From Polyangiaceae bacterium (GTDB lineage: Bacteria > Myxococcota_A > Polyangia > Polyangiales > Polyangiaceae), in assembly GCA_035063585.1 (NCBI GenBank), contig JAPSGB010000001.1, positions 32,001 to 96,000 on the forward strand: 64,000 nt of DNA. The letters are read 5' to 3'. This document shows positions 53,831 through 62,960 of the stretch, piece by piece. The notes below the pieces were generated by a model. The model was not told the origin of the DNA and searched no databases. It saw only the letters and a program-made list of their open reading frames with translations. The position numbers and the translations under genes are program-made. Positions within the stretch are counted from its first letter, which is position 1. Every line of letters starts with the position of its first letter.

Positions 53831-56145
53831 AGACGCGCTGGCTGGTCGCCTGGCTCGCCGCGCTCGCGGTGTCGCTTGCCGCGCTCCTCGGGCACGCCGG
53901 GCAGCGCGTCATCCCCGCCGGACAAGAGCGCAACGTCCTCGCGCTCGTCGCCCCCATGACACTCGCGGGACCGATCGAAGGTGAGCTCATCCTCGCGAAC
54001 GTCTCGATCACCCCCTCCCGCGTGGATTTCGAGATCACGCGGGGCAGCGTGAGCGGCCCGCGGGCGGCCGTCGCGCATATGATCCTCGACGACTCGAAGC
54101 CGAGCGGTTTCAGCTTCACCTCGACACCTCCGGTCGACGCGCTCGATGAAGCGCCGCGACGCGCCGTCGAGAAGCTCGAGGCCACGGTGCGCGCGAACGC
54201 CAGCCCGGAGCGCATGGCGCGGCTCCTGGCAAATTCGACCCAGCTCCCGCAAGGTAGGAAGGACCCCGACCGCAACGGGCCGCCCTGGTGGATGCTCGGA
54301 GTGGTCGTGCTCTCGGCGCTATCGTCATACTTCGCGGCGCGCCGCGAGCGCCGCGCGTCGCGAGCGTCGCTCGCCGCCGCGGCCGGCGTGGCCGGCGCGG
54401 CGCTGCTCTTGGGAGCCGCGTTCGCGTGGGTGGTGTCGTCACGCGGGGGAGCGCTGGCGGCCTGGTGGCCGCACCTCGGGCAGGCGACGCTGCGCGACCG
54501 CGCGCTCACGCGGCTCTGCGCCGCGCTCGCGGCGGGAACGCTCGTGGGAGTCGGTGTCGAGGCGCTCCATCGCCGCCGAGGCGGCACGCGGTGCGGCGCG
54601 CGCGCTTGGCGAGGGCTCCTCGATGTATCGCTCGTGCTCGCCTGGAGCGTCATCGTGCGCGCGCTCTTCACCCGAGCCAACATCCTCACCGACGGCGGCT
54701 CCGGGTATCGCCGCCTGATGGACTACCTCCCTGGTTTCGGGGGACTCTCGGTGCTCGTGGACCTCGTGACGCCGAGGCACTTGATGTGGGAGGCGCTCCG
54801 CGTCCCGGCCACGCTCGCCGCGCTCGGCCCACCGATGCTCACGCTCTTTGCCAGGCAGTTCGCGCTGCGGCCCTCCCTCCCCATCGTCGCGGGGCTGATG
54901 CTCGCCTCGCTGCCGCTCCACGCCGCGATGTTCACGAGCGATTTCCTGATGGGCCCGGCGCTCACGCTGGCGCTCGCGGGGCTCGCGCTCACCCGGTGGG
55001 GTGCCCAGCGCGACCACGACGCCGCGGTGCTCGCTGGGGCGAGCTTGCTCGCCTTCGTCACGTGGCTCAGACCGGAGGCGGGGCTCATCGGCGCGCCGCT
55101 GGTCGCGGTCGCATGGCCCGTACTTCGCGCCTGGCGGCGTCGCCCGGTGGCGCTCCTCGGGCTCGGATTTTTCGGAGCGAACGCGCTCGCGGCGCAGCTC
55201 GCGGTTCGCGCCGTGACCTCCGGCCAGTCCTTGGTGCCGTCGCTCCCCTCCGCGCACGGGCTCGCGTTCCTGCTGGTTCCGGAGGTGATCCCCTACTGGC
55301 TCTCGGTCGGCGTCGTGCTCGCGCTCGCGCTCCGCGCGGTGCGGGGTGAGAACGCCGTGCTCATCGCGGTCGGCGTCATCACCGGAGCGTGGCCGGTCGC
55401 CATCCGCCCCACGTTCGACCCGACCGGCAGCCACATGGAGCTGTTTCGCTACGGAGCCTGGATGCTCCCGTGGCTTACGCTCCTTGCCGCCAGCGGTGTG
55501 GTGGCGGCCGCCGAGCGGCTCGGGGCGCTCGTCGCCGGCCCCTCGCGCGAAGAGAGGGCTCGGCGAGTCTGTCTCGGCGCCCTCGCGGCGCTGCTCACGC
55601 TCGTCATGACGAGCCCGATTCGGGCGCGCTCCTATCTCGCGCGGGAGTACGGTCCGCGCAGCGAGGAGCGCGTCTTTCGCGAGGCGCTCGGCCAGCTCCC
55701 GAAGGGCTGCCTCCTGCTCGTCCCGGACGACGTCGGCGAGCTCGGTCGACGCGGCCGGGGGACGGTCGAGATCGAGGAGCGCTATCAGGTGATCGCGGAT
55801 GAGGTTGATGTGCTCACGGGGGCCGCGCGGCCTGCGATGCAGGGCGTCACGAGGTTCCTCGACGAGCTCGCGCAGCGCGGCTGGCCGCGCAAGGACGACG
55901 GCACGCCCGCCTGCGTGTGGTTCTTCGAGGGCTCGTTCTGCGCCACCGGTGTCGAAGGGACGCCAGCCGCCAACTGTCGCCAGCTGCTCGAGACGGTTCA
56001 CGGCCGACCGGCCTTCGAGCGGCGCATCGAGTACATCAGCCACCGTCTGGTCACGCTGCCGCACGCCACGGACCCTCCGCTCTACGACGCCGCTCAGCGC
56101 CTGACGCTGTTCGAGCTCTCCCCCCCTCCGGACGATCGTCGCTGA
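53827..56145 (+). CDS. Large multi-TM GT-C-like membrane protein
   Basis: ATGA overlap; N-terminal soluble domain, ILTDGGSGY loop, WLRPE; C-terminal WFFEGSFC...C similar to the 49426 gene. Confidence 0.65.
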   Translation: MKTRWLVAWLAALAVSLAALLGHAGQRVIPAGQERNVLALVAPMTLAGPIEGELILANVSITPSRVDFEITRGSVSGPRAAVAHMILDDSKPSGFSFTSTPPVDALDEAPRRAVEKLEATVRANASPERMARLLANSTQLPQGRKDPDRNGPPWWMLGVVVLSALSSYFAARRERRASRASLAAAAGVAGAALLLGAAFAWVVSSRGGALAAWWPHLGQATLRDRALTRLCAALAAGTLVGVGVEALHRRRGGTRCGARAWRGLLDVSLVLAWSVIVRALFTRANILTDGGSGYRRLMDYLPGFGGLSVLVDLVTPRHLMWEALRVPATLAALGPPMLTLFARQFALRPSLPIVAGLMLASLPLHAAMFTSDFLMGPALTLALAGLALTRWGAQRDHDAAVLAGASLLAFVTWLRPEAGLIGAPLVAVAWPVLRAWRRRPVALLGLGFFGANALAAQLAVRAVTSGQSLVPSLPSAHGLAFLLVPEVIPYWLSVGVVLALALRAVRGENAVLIAVGVITGAWPVAIRPTFDPTGSHMELFRYGAWMLPWLTLLAASGVVAAAERLGALVAGPSREERARRVCLGALAALLTLVMTSPIRARSYLAREYGPRSEERVFREALGQLPKGCLLLVPDDVGELGRRGRGTVEIEERYQVIADEVDVLTGAARPAMQGVTRFLDELAQRGWPRKDDGTPACVWFFEGSFCATGVEGTPAANCRQLLETVHGRPAFERRIEYISHRLVTLPHATDPPLYDAAQRLTLFELSPPPDDRR

Positions 56146-56147
56146 CC

Positions 56148-58007
56148 ATGTGCGGACTCGCTGGGATCCTCACGCTCGATGCCCGCGACCCGGCTCCGGA
56201 CGCGGCGGCGCGGATGGGCGCGACGCTCGCGCGGCGGGGCCCGGATGGCTCCGCGACGCACGTCGAGCCCGGGTTCTCCGTCGCCCACGCGCGCCTCGCG
56301 ATCGTAGACGTCACGGGGGGCGGTCAGCCCATGACGGACGAGCGTGGCTGCGTCCTCGTCGCCAACGCCGAGATCTATAACCACCGCGAGCTTCGCCGCG
56401 AGCTCGAGCAGCGCGGGCAGGTGTTTCGCACGCGCTGCGACGTCGAGGTCATCCTGCGCGGGTACCGAGTCTGGGGCGACGACGTCGTGCAGCGCCTCGG
56501 TGGAATGTTCGCTTTCGCGCTCTGGGATCCAGCCGGAGAGCGGCTGCTCCTTGCCCGCGACCGCCTCGGGCAAAAGCCGCTCTACTACCTCGAAGCGGGT
56601 GGGCGCTTCCTGTTCGCCTCGGAGCCCAAGGCCATCCTCACCGCCTTGCCGGCGCGACCCGGACTCGATCTGGACGCGCTCGCGCGATATCTGCTCCTCG
56701 ACTTCGTCCCCACCCCGCGCGCCATCCACCGGGGGATGTGGAAGCTCCCAGCCGGTCACCTGCTGGTCGTGTCTCGACGCAGCGCAGCGCGCGCTCCGCG
56801 CGCCTACTGGACACTACCCCGCTCCACACCCTGTGCGCCTCCGCTCCGGATCGTCGAGCAGGAGCTCGTCGCGCGCTTCGACCGCGCCCTCGCGCGGCGG
56901 CTCATGAGCGACGTCCCGATCGGGCTGCTCCTGTCGGGCGGCTTCGACTCGGCGCTGGTCGGCGCCTCGCTCGCGCGCTCCGGGCTCGTTCCACCGAGCT
57001 TCAGCGTGAGCGTCGACGACCCTGACCACGACGAGGGAAAGCAGGCGCGGGCGACCGCGCGCGCGCTCGGCTTCGTGCATCGCGAGCGCAGCTTCGGGGT
57101 CGAGGGCTTTCGCGTTGCGGTACCCGCGGCCCTCTCCTATCTCGATGAGCCGCTCGCCGATCCGTCGCTCTTGGCCGTGCACGCACTCTCCGAGCTCGCC
57201 GCCGAGCACGTCAAGGTCGCCCTCGGCGGCGACGGCGCGGACGAGCTCTTCGGCGGCTACGACGTCGTGCTCGCCGCGCAGCTCAACCGCTACACGCGCG
57301 CGCTCGCGCCCGGAAGGGACCGCGCGGCGCGCGCGCTGGCGCGCTGGCTCCCTGCGCGGGAAGGGCATTTCAGCCTCGATTTTCGCCTGAACCAGTACGT
57401 GCGAGCGCTGAGGTTTCCGCCCGCGCTGCGCCCACTCGCCTATACGCTCGACCTCGGCCTCGATGAGCTCCCGGAGCTCGCACCGTTCACGCGCGACGTC
57501 GTCGAGCCACTCGCGGAGTTCGGCGACGCCGCGGCTCCGGAGTCGGACGAGCTCGCGGCGGGCCTCCGCGCCTACGTCCGCATGTTCCTCGAGTCTGACA
57601 TCTTGGTGAAGCTCGACCGCGCCGGCATGGCCCACGGGCTCGAGATTCGGAGCCCGTTCTTCGATCACGAGCTCGTCGAGTACGTCGCCGCGCTCCCCGC
57701 CTCGATGAAGGTGCGCGGGCTGTCGCGGAAATGGCTCTTGAAGCGCGCCCTCGGCCACCGCGTGCCACGCGCGGTCACGCGGCGAAGGAAGCAAGGGTTT
57801 TCTCTGCCGATCGTGAAATGGCTGAACGGCGCGCTGGCTGGGTGGTTCGACGAGGTGCTGCTCGACCCGGCGTCGTGGTCGGACGGCCTCATTCGCCGCG
57901 ACGAGGTGGCGCGGCTGCTCGCGCAGCACCGCGCGGGCCGCCGAAACCTCCGTAAGCCTCTCTATAACCTCGCCGTCTTCGCGCTTTGGAGGAGCGCGTG
58001 GGGGTGA
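56148..58007 (+). CDS. asnB: Asparagine synthase-like glutamine amidotransferase
   Basis: MCGLAG (Ntn Cys), RGPD, HARLAIVD, EIYN, LSGGFDS, GDGADELFGGY, KLDR.GMAHGLE.RSPF and KQGF. Confidence 0.93.
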   Translation: MCGLAGILTLDARDPAPDAAARMGATLARRGPDGSATHVEPGFSVAHARLAIVDVTGGGQPMTDERGCVLVANAEIYNHRELRRELEQRGQVFRTRCDVEVILRGYRVWGDDVVQRLGGMFAFALWDPAGERLLLARDRLGQKPLYYLEAGGRFLFASEPKAILTALPARPGLDLDALARYLLLDFVPTPRAIHRGMWKLPAGHLLVVSRRSAARAPRAYWTLPRSTPCAPPLRIVEQELVARFDRALARRLMSDVPIGLLLSGGFDSALVGASLARSGLVPPSFSVSVDDPDHDEGKQARATARALGFVHRERSFGVEGFRVAVPAALSYLDEPLADPSLLAVHALSELAAEHVKVALGGDGADELFGGYDVVLAAQLNRYTRALAPGRDRAARALARWLPAREGHFSLDFRLNQYVRALRFPPALRPLAYTLDLGLDELPELAPFTRDVVEPLAEFGDAAAPESDELAAGLRAYVRMFLESDILVKLDRAGMAHGLEIRSPFFDHELVEYVAALPASMKVRGLSRKWLLKRALGHRVPRAVTRRRKQGFSLPIVKWLNGALAGWFDEVLLDPASWSDGLIRRDEVARLLAQHRAGRRNLRKPLYNLAVFALWRSAWG

Positions 58008-58192
58008 ACCAATGCCGCGCGCCACGTAGAGCGCCGCTTCGACGCGCCGTGGCCACGTGGCGAGCGAGAGCGCCGGCGATGGCGCTCGGCGGCATCGGCT
58101 CGAGTCGCGTCACGGTTGGGCGAGGGGCTCGGGCATCGCGCACCCTGCTCGGGCTCGGGGCGGCGCGGCACGCCGGCTCATGGAAGCGCCGG

Positions 58193-58690
58193 TCAGAGCC
58201 CTTGCGGGGGCGGCACTCGGTCCTCCGTCCGCCCGATACGGCTGGTCAGGTCGGTGAGCACCGCGTCCTCGAAGCCCGGACGAAACTCCTTCGCGTGGGC
58301 GCCCCAGAGCCCCCCGTAATAGAGCCCATATTTTCCCGTTTCGCGCGGTGGAACCGGCCCGCCCTTCTTCATCACCCACACGTTGAAGCCCGAGTCACCC
58401 TGGTGAAGCTCGACTTGGAGGCGATGCTCCGCGGGCTTGGCGGCGATGCGATAAACTCGAAAATCGCCGACCGCGTCACCTGGGCGAAGCCCGTCGAGGA
58501 GCGCGACCGCGTCGGCGGGCGCGTTCGAATCGAACTCCGAGAGCGGCGCGACGCCGCTCTCGGAGCTCGCGCCGACCAAGCTCTTGCCGATCGAGACGGC
58601 GAGGAGCACCAGCACCACCAGCGCTCCGCCAGCCGAGAGCACGCAGCCGAGCCGCTCGCCGGTGATGCGCGCGCGCTTCGGTGCCGTCAC
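58193..58690 (-). CDS. Hypothetical single-TM protein
   Basis: GTGA overlap with the MCP stop; N-terminal hydrophobic helix and compact soluble domain. Confidence 0.6.
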   Translation of the reverse strand: MTAPKRARITGERLGCVLSAGGALVVLVLLAVSIGKSLVGASSESGVAPLSEFDSNAPADAVALLDGLRPGDAVGDFRVYRIAAKPAEHRLQVELHQGDSGFNVWVMKKGGPVPPRETGKYGLYYGGLWGAHAKEFRPGFEDAVLTDLTSRIGRTEDRVPPPQGL

Positions 58691-60297
58691 CCAGCAGCCT
58701 TGCGAAGCCGTTCGGCGTTGGTGATGAGCTCGCGCAAGGCTCCGTCTTGACGACGAGAGCCCTCCTCGATCCGTGAGGCGGCCTGGAGCGCGCCCTCCGA
58801 GCCGCGGTTGTGCTGGCGATGCGAGCCATTGAGCTGATTGACCATGTTGCTGATGCTCTCGATGGCTTGGGTGATCTGGCGTCCACCCCGCGCCTGCTCC
58901 TGGCTCGAGCGCTCCACCTGCTGGGCGATGGTCCGCATCTTCTCTCCGCTCTTCATGATGAGCTCGGAGCCGCGCGCCTGCTGCGCGGTAGCCGCGGCGA
59001 TCTGCTGCACGGTCTCGGCGATACGTCCGATGGCGTCGGTGACCTGCTTGCTGCCCTTGGCCTGCTCGACCGTAGCCCGCGCGATCGCCCGCACCATGTT
59101 GGTGCTCTTCTGCGAGCTCTCGAGGATCTTCTTGAGCGCGCGCTCGGCCTCGTTCGAGACCTCCACGCCGCGGTCGACATTGAGCGCGCCGCGCTCCACC
59201 GCCGAGATGGCGTTCTTGCTCTCCGCCTGGATGGTCTTGATGAGATCCGCGATCTCCTTGGTGCTCGCGCCGGCGCGCTCTGCGAGATCCTTGATCTCGT
59301 CGGCGACGACCGCGAATCCCTTGCCGTGCTCGCCCGCCTGCGCGGCGATGATGGCGGCGTTCAACGCCAGCAGGTTGGTCTGCTCGGCGACCTCGTCGAT
59401 GACGTTCAGGATCTGACCGATGGCGTCGATCCGCGAGCCCAGGTTGGCGATCACCGCCACCGCCTCCTGGCTGCTCTCCTTGATGCGGTAGATTTCGCCA
59501 ATCGTCTTCAGAATCGACTCGGCACCACGCTCGGCGTCCTGCGCGACCTCGCCGGAGAGGCGCGCGGTCTCGTTCGCATTCGACTGAACCTGATCGATGG
59601 AGACGTCCATCTGGTTCATGCTCGAGCTCGTCTCTTCCGCGGTGAGCGAGAGCGCGTCGACGTTCTTGGCGACCTCCTTGATCGAGTAAGCCATCTCCTC
59701 GATGCTGGCGACCGTCTCGCGCACGCTCATCGCGAGCTCGACGATGTTCTCGGCGACCTCATCGTTGGTGGCGGTCATCTCGAGGATGGACGAGCTCGAT
59801 TCCTCCGCGCTCGATGCCAGCATCTCGATGTTCTGGGCGATCTCGCGCAGCGACGCGGTCATCTCCTTGATGTAGCGGGCCGTCTCCTCGCTCGCGTCGA
59901 TCTGCGACGCGACGCCGTCAGTCAACTGGCGGAGCGACTCGGTCATGACCCGCGACGCCTCGCGGACCGCCTCGCCGCGTCGCTCGTCGGCCTCACGATG
60001 ACCCACGAGCGCTTCGCTCAGCTCCTCGAGGGCCGAGTAGGCGCGGGCTATCTCGGGCGGAGCGCCCGCCGGGGCGTCGACGCGCTTGCCGTCCATGGCT
60101 CGCCGCGCCGCGTCCTCGAGCGACGACCCGAAGCTCACCTCGGCCGCCCCGCTACCCGCGAGGACCACCGCGGCGATGCCGGCCGCCCCGACCAGTATCG
60201 CTTCGAGGAGCGCGTCCGCGCGGATGGCGGCGGCCACCAGGACGCCGGCCGCGATGACCAGGAAACCCATGAGCTGGCGGGGAGAGATTCGGTTCAT
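58687..60297 (-). CDS. Methyl-accepting chemotaxis protein
   Basis: [42 protein letters not shown] tip; two adjacent N-terminal TMs. Confidence 0.94.
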   Translation of the reverse strand: MNRISPRQLMGFLVIAAGVLVAAAIRADALLEAILVGAAGIAAVVLAGSGAAEVSFGSSLEDAARRAMDGKRVDAPAGAPPEIARAYSALEELSEALVGHREADERRGEAVREASRVMTESLRQLTDGVASQIDASEETARYIKEMTASLREIAQNIEMLASSAEESSSSILEMTATNDEVAENIVELAMSVRETVASIEEMAYSIKEVAKNVDALSLTAEETSSSMNQMDVSIDQVQSNANETARLSGEVAQDAERGAESILKTIGEIYRIKESSQEAVAVIANLGSRIDAIGQILNVIDEVAEQTNLLALNAAIIAAQAGEHGKGFAVVADEIKDLAERAGASTKEIADLIKTIQAESKNAISAVERGALNVDRGVEVSNEAERALKKILESSQKSTNMVRAIARATVEQAKGSKQVTDAIGRIAETVQQIAAATAQQARGSELIMKSGEKMRTIAQQVERSSQEQARGGRQITQAIESISNMVNQLNGSHRQHNRGSEGALQAASRIEEGSRRQDGALRELITNAERLRKAAG

Positions 60298-60441
60298 CGT
60301 CGGACCTGCCGAGGCTCGATACGCGACTCCGCGATGGCGGCGCACACCCGAGACGCCTGGGCCTTCGCGAGCGTACTTGGCGGAACGCCGAACGACCAAG
60401 CGTTTGTCATCGCGCCGCCGCGCGGCGAGGCGCTCGCAGGC

Positions 60442-61047
60442 TCAGCGGGGCGTCGCGCCCGGCATCCGGAGCCGCGCTCCCGGGCTGCGCGGCTCGGGGC
60501 GCCGGCGGCTCGCGTCCGCCCGGACCTTGTCGTCATCGACGCAGAATCGATCGGGTTTTCGGACGCAGCCCGCCCGGCTCGGCTCGGGGTCCGGGCTCGA
60601 CGCGCCGCCGTCCACGCTCACGTGACCCGGCTGAAGGACCGGGGAGCTCGGCGTCGCCCCTCCCGGTCGCGCGCCCTTCGGCGGCGCCGCCGGCGCTCGG
60701 CCTCCGGCGGAGGCCCCGCCGGGAAGGCGCGGGCGGTCGAAGCTCGCTGGGCCCGGACGAGCAGGTCGCGAGGTTGCCGGAGGCGCGACGACCGCGCCCG
60801 CGCCGGGCGCACCGGCCACGTTCGCAGGCGCGCGCGGCGGCGCGGCAGGCGCGACGGCGCCGCTCGACCCGGCTCCAGACGGGGCGACCGCGCGCCCCCG
60901 CGGGTTGCCGGACGCGTATAGCGGAGGAGGCGGTGGCGCGACCATCGCCCACCCGCCGCGGTAGCCGGCGCCGCCGGTGGTCACCGCGCACCCGGCCGAG
61001 ACGGACGATATGAGGCAACACACGGTAAGTACTGCTTTATTTATCAT
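60442..61047 (-). CDS. Pro/Ala-rich hypothetical lipoprotein
   Basis: GAAGGAG RBS; VSAGC lipobox; low-complexity body. Confidence 0.5.
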   Translation of the reverse strand: MINKAVLTVCCLISSVSAGCAVTTGGAGYRGGWAMVAPPPPPLYASGNPRGRAVAPSGAGSSGAVAPAAPPRAPANVAGAPGAGAVVAPPATSRPARPGPASFDRPRLPGGASAGGRAPAAPPKGARPGGATPSSPVLQPGHVSVDGGASSPDPEPSRAGCVRKPDRFCVDDDKVRADASRRRPEPRSPGARLRMPGATPR

Positions 61048-61108
61048 CGTCCGGTCTCCTTCGCGGGCTCACCGCTGCGACCCGTGAAGGCCGCTCGGCT
61101 CTAGGTCA

Positions 61109-62812
61109 TTAGACGCGGTCGGTCCGGGTTTTCTCCCTCGGCCGGCTCGAGGGCGGGCCGAGCGGGGCGACGGTCGCGGTCACGGGCGGTCCGGCCACCG
61201 GGAGGACGACGGTGAGCACGGCGCCGCCACCCGGCCGGTCCGCATAGCTGATGTCACCACCGTGCTCGACCACGATGCGTTGAACGATGACGAGGCCGAG
61301 CCCGGTCCCCTCCGGCTTGGTGGTCGCGTAGGGCTGAAAGAGCCGATCGCGCATCTCGGGCGCGAGGCCGGGCCCATCGTCGCTCACCCGGATCACGAGC
61401 TCTTCCGGGGTCGGCGCGCTCACCTCCACCTCGACGAGGGGCTCCGCGCGACCCTTCACCGCGTCCTGCGCGTTCTGGATCAAGTTGGTGACCACCTGCA
61501 CGAGCTGATCCCGGTCCGCGTTGAGCGGCGGGCAGGGGCCGGCTCGAAAGGTCACCGCCGCCCCGCTCGAGCCGTGCAGCGCGACGACCTTCCGCACCGC
61601 ATCCACGGCGTCGAAGGGCGCCGGGCGCGGCGGCGGCATCCGCGCGAAGCGAGTGAACTCGGACACGATGGTGCTGATCCGCGCGACCTCGTCGAGCACC
61701 GTACGGGTCGCCTCGTCGAAGTACTCGTCGAAGGCCGGATCGTCACGCGCGCGTAGGCGCCGCAGCGTCTCGACCGCCGCGCGGATCGGCGCGAGCGGGT
61801 TCTTGATCTCGTGGGCTACGCGCCGGGCGATCTCGCGCTGCGCCGCGATCCGCTCGCTCGCGGCGAGCCGCTTGCGGAGGAGGACGAGGTCGGCGATGGC
61901 CTTGTTGAAGGACCCGGCGAGCTCCTCGAGCTCCTTGCCGCCGCCGCCGCGCACCGGCTTCGGCTCGCCCGCCGTGACCTCGCGCGCCTGCCGTGACAAG
62001 TCGACGATGGGGCGTGCGAGGCCTCGAGCCAGGAGCATCGCCAGGACGAGCGCAGCGCCGAGGGTGACGCCGCCGAGGGCGAGGATCGTCCCGTCGAGCT
62101 GTCTTAGCGCGCGCGAGAGCGGCACGCGACTCTTGGCGGCGAAGACCGTGAGCTCGCCGAGTTCGGGAAGCCGCGTCGACTCGACCAGCTCGTCGCTCAC
62201 GCGCGGGGGCTGCGAGAGGGAGAGGCTCACGCCGTAACTCCGGCCGACCTCGTCGAAGAGCGCCGCGACGTGCCGCGCGGCGTAGAGCCCGACGAACGGC
62301 CGCTTCCCGTCGGCGGGGAGGGTGCAGTGCGCCTCGAGCGCGAGCGGCGCCTCGGCGGTCCTCACGCTGGCCGCGCGCGACGCGCGGCGGAGCCGCTCGG
62401 CGAGCGCGCCGTCCCGTTTGCCGACCAGCCCCTCTCGCCCGGCGCCGAGGATCTCGCCGTCGCTCGACACCAGCACGAGCTCGTCGAGGCGGAGCGCCTT
62501 CATCAGCTCCGGCACGCGGAGGCTGAGCGAGAGCCGCCGGTCGGCGAGATCACCGCGCTTTACGCCGATGAGCGCGCTGTCGAGGAGCGGATCGTGGGCG
62601 CACACCGGGTCGATGAGCGCGGGCAGATCACGGGCCTGCGCGGAGAGCTCGCGCTCGAGTCGCGCCAACGCCTGCGCGAACTGCTCGCGGAAGCGCGCCT
62701 CCTCGGTGCGTCGCCACGCCTCGCGGACCCCGAGGCCGAGCGCCGCCGTGGTCGCCACGGTGACGACGCCGATGGCGACGAGGAGCCGCTGCGCGAGCGT
62801 TACCCGAACCAT
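61109..62812 (-). CDS. HAMP-containing sensor histidine kinase (NtrY-like)
   Basis: ARRVAHEIKNPLAPI H-box, NLIQNA, DDGPG, F.PY.TTK..GTGLGL; two TMs. Confidence 0.93.
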   Translation of the reverse strand: MVRVTLAQRLLVAIGVVTVATTAALGLGVREAWRRTEEARFREQFAQALARLERELSAQARDLPALIDPVCAHDPLLDSALIGVKRGDLADRRLSLSLRVPELMKALRLDELVLVSSDGEILGAGREGLVGKRDGALAERLRRASRAASVRTAEAPLALEAHCTLPADGKRPFVGLYAARHVAALFDEVGRSYGVSLSLSQPPRVSDELVESTRLPELGELTVFAAKSRVPLSRALRQLDGTILALGGVTLGAALVLAMLLARGLARPIVDLSRQAREVTAGEPKPVRGGGGKELEELAGSFNKAIADLVLLRKRLAASERIAAQREIARRVAHEIKNPLAPIRAAVETLRRLRARDDPAFDEYFDEATRTVLDEVARISTIVSEFTRFARMPPPRPAPFDAVDAVRKVVALHGSSGAAVTFRAGPCPPLNADRDQLVQVVTNLIQNAQDAVKGRAEPLVEVEVSAPTPEELVIRVSDDGPGLAPEMRDRLFQPYATTKPEGTGLGLVIVQRIVVEHGGDISYADRPGGGAVLTVVLPVAGPPVTATVAPLGPPSSRPREKTRTDRV

Positions 62813-62851
62813 GCGCCCACCCTGCCTCGCCCGGCGGTCACCGCCCCGCCC

Positions 62852-62873
62852 GATTCCGCGCCGGACCGGCACC
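62852..62873 (-). repeat. Dispersed motif copy 10, intergenic upstream of the histidine kinase
   Basis: Exact core at 62854-62867. Confidence 0.85.
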
Positions 62874-62960
62874 CGCTCCCACCATGCACGCGCGCTTCGG
62901 CATCGATCTCGGGCGAGCCTTGCACAGCCCGCGCACGTTTGGCACGTTCCCGCACGACTC

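Noticed and set aside
58810..60921. Long antisense and alternative-frame ORFs (also 30088-32541, 41542-43413, 17127-18920 and others)
   Set aside because: Expected stop-poor shadows of high-GC genes; no recognisable motifs
62940..62954. Sigma-54 promoter TGGCACGTTCCCGCA
   Set aside because: GG-GC spacing is 9 rather than 10, and it is too close to the ATG at 62961
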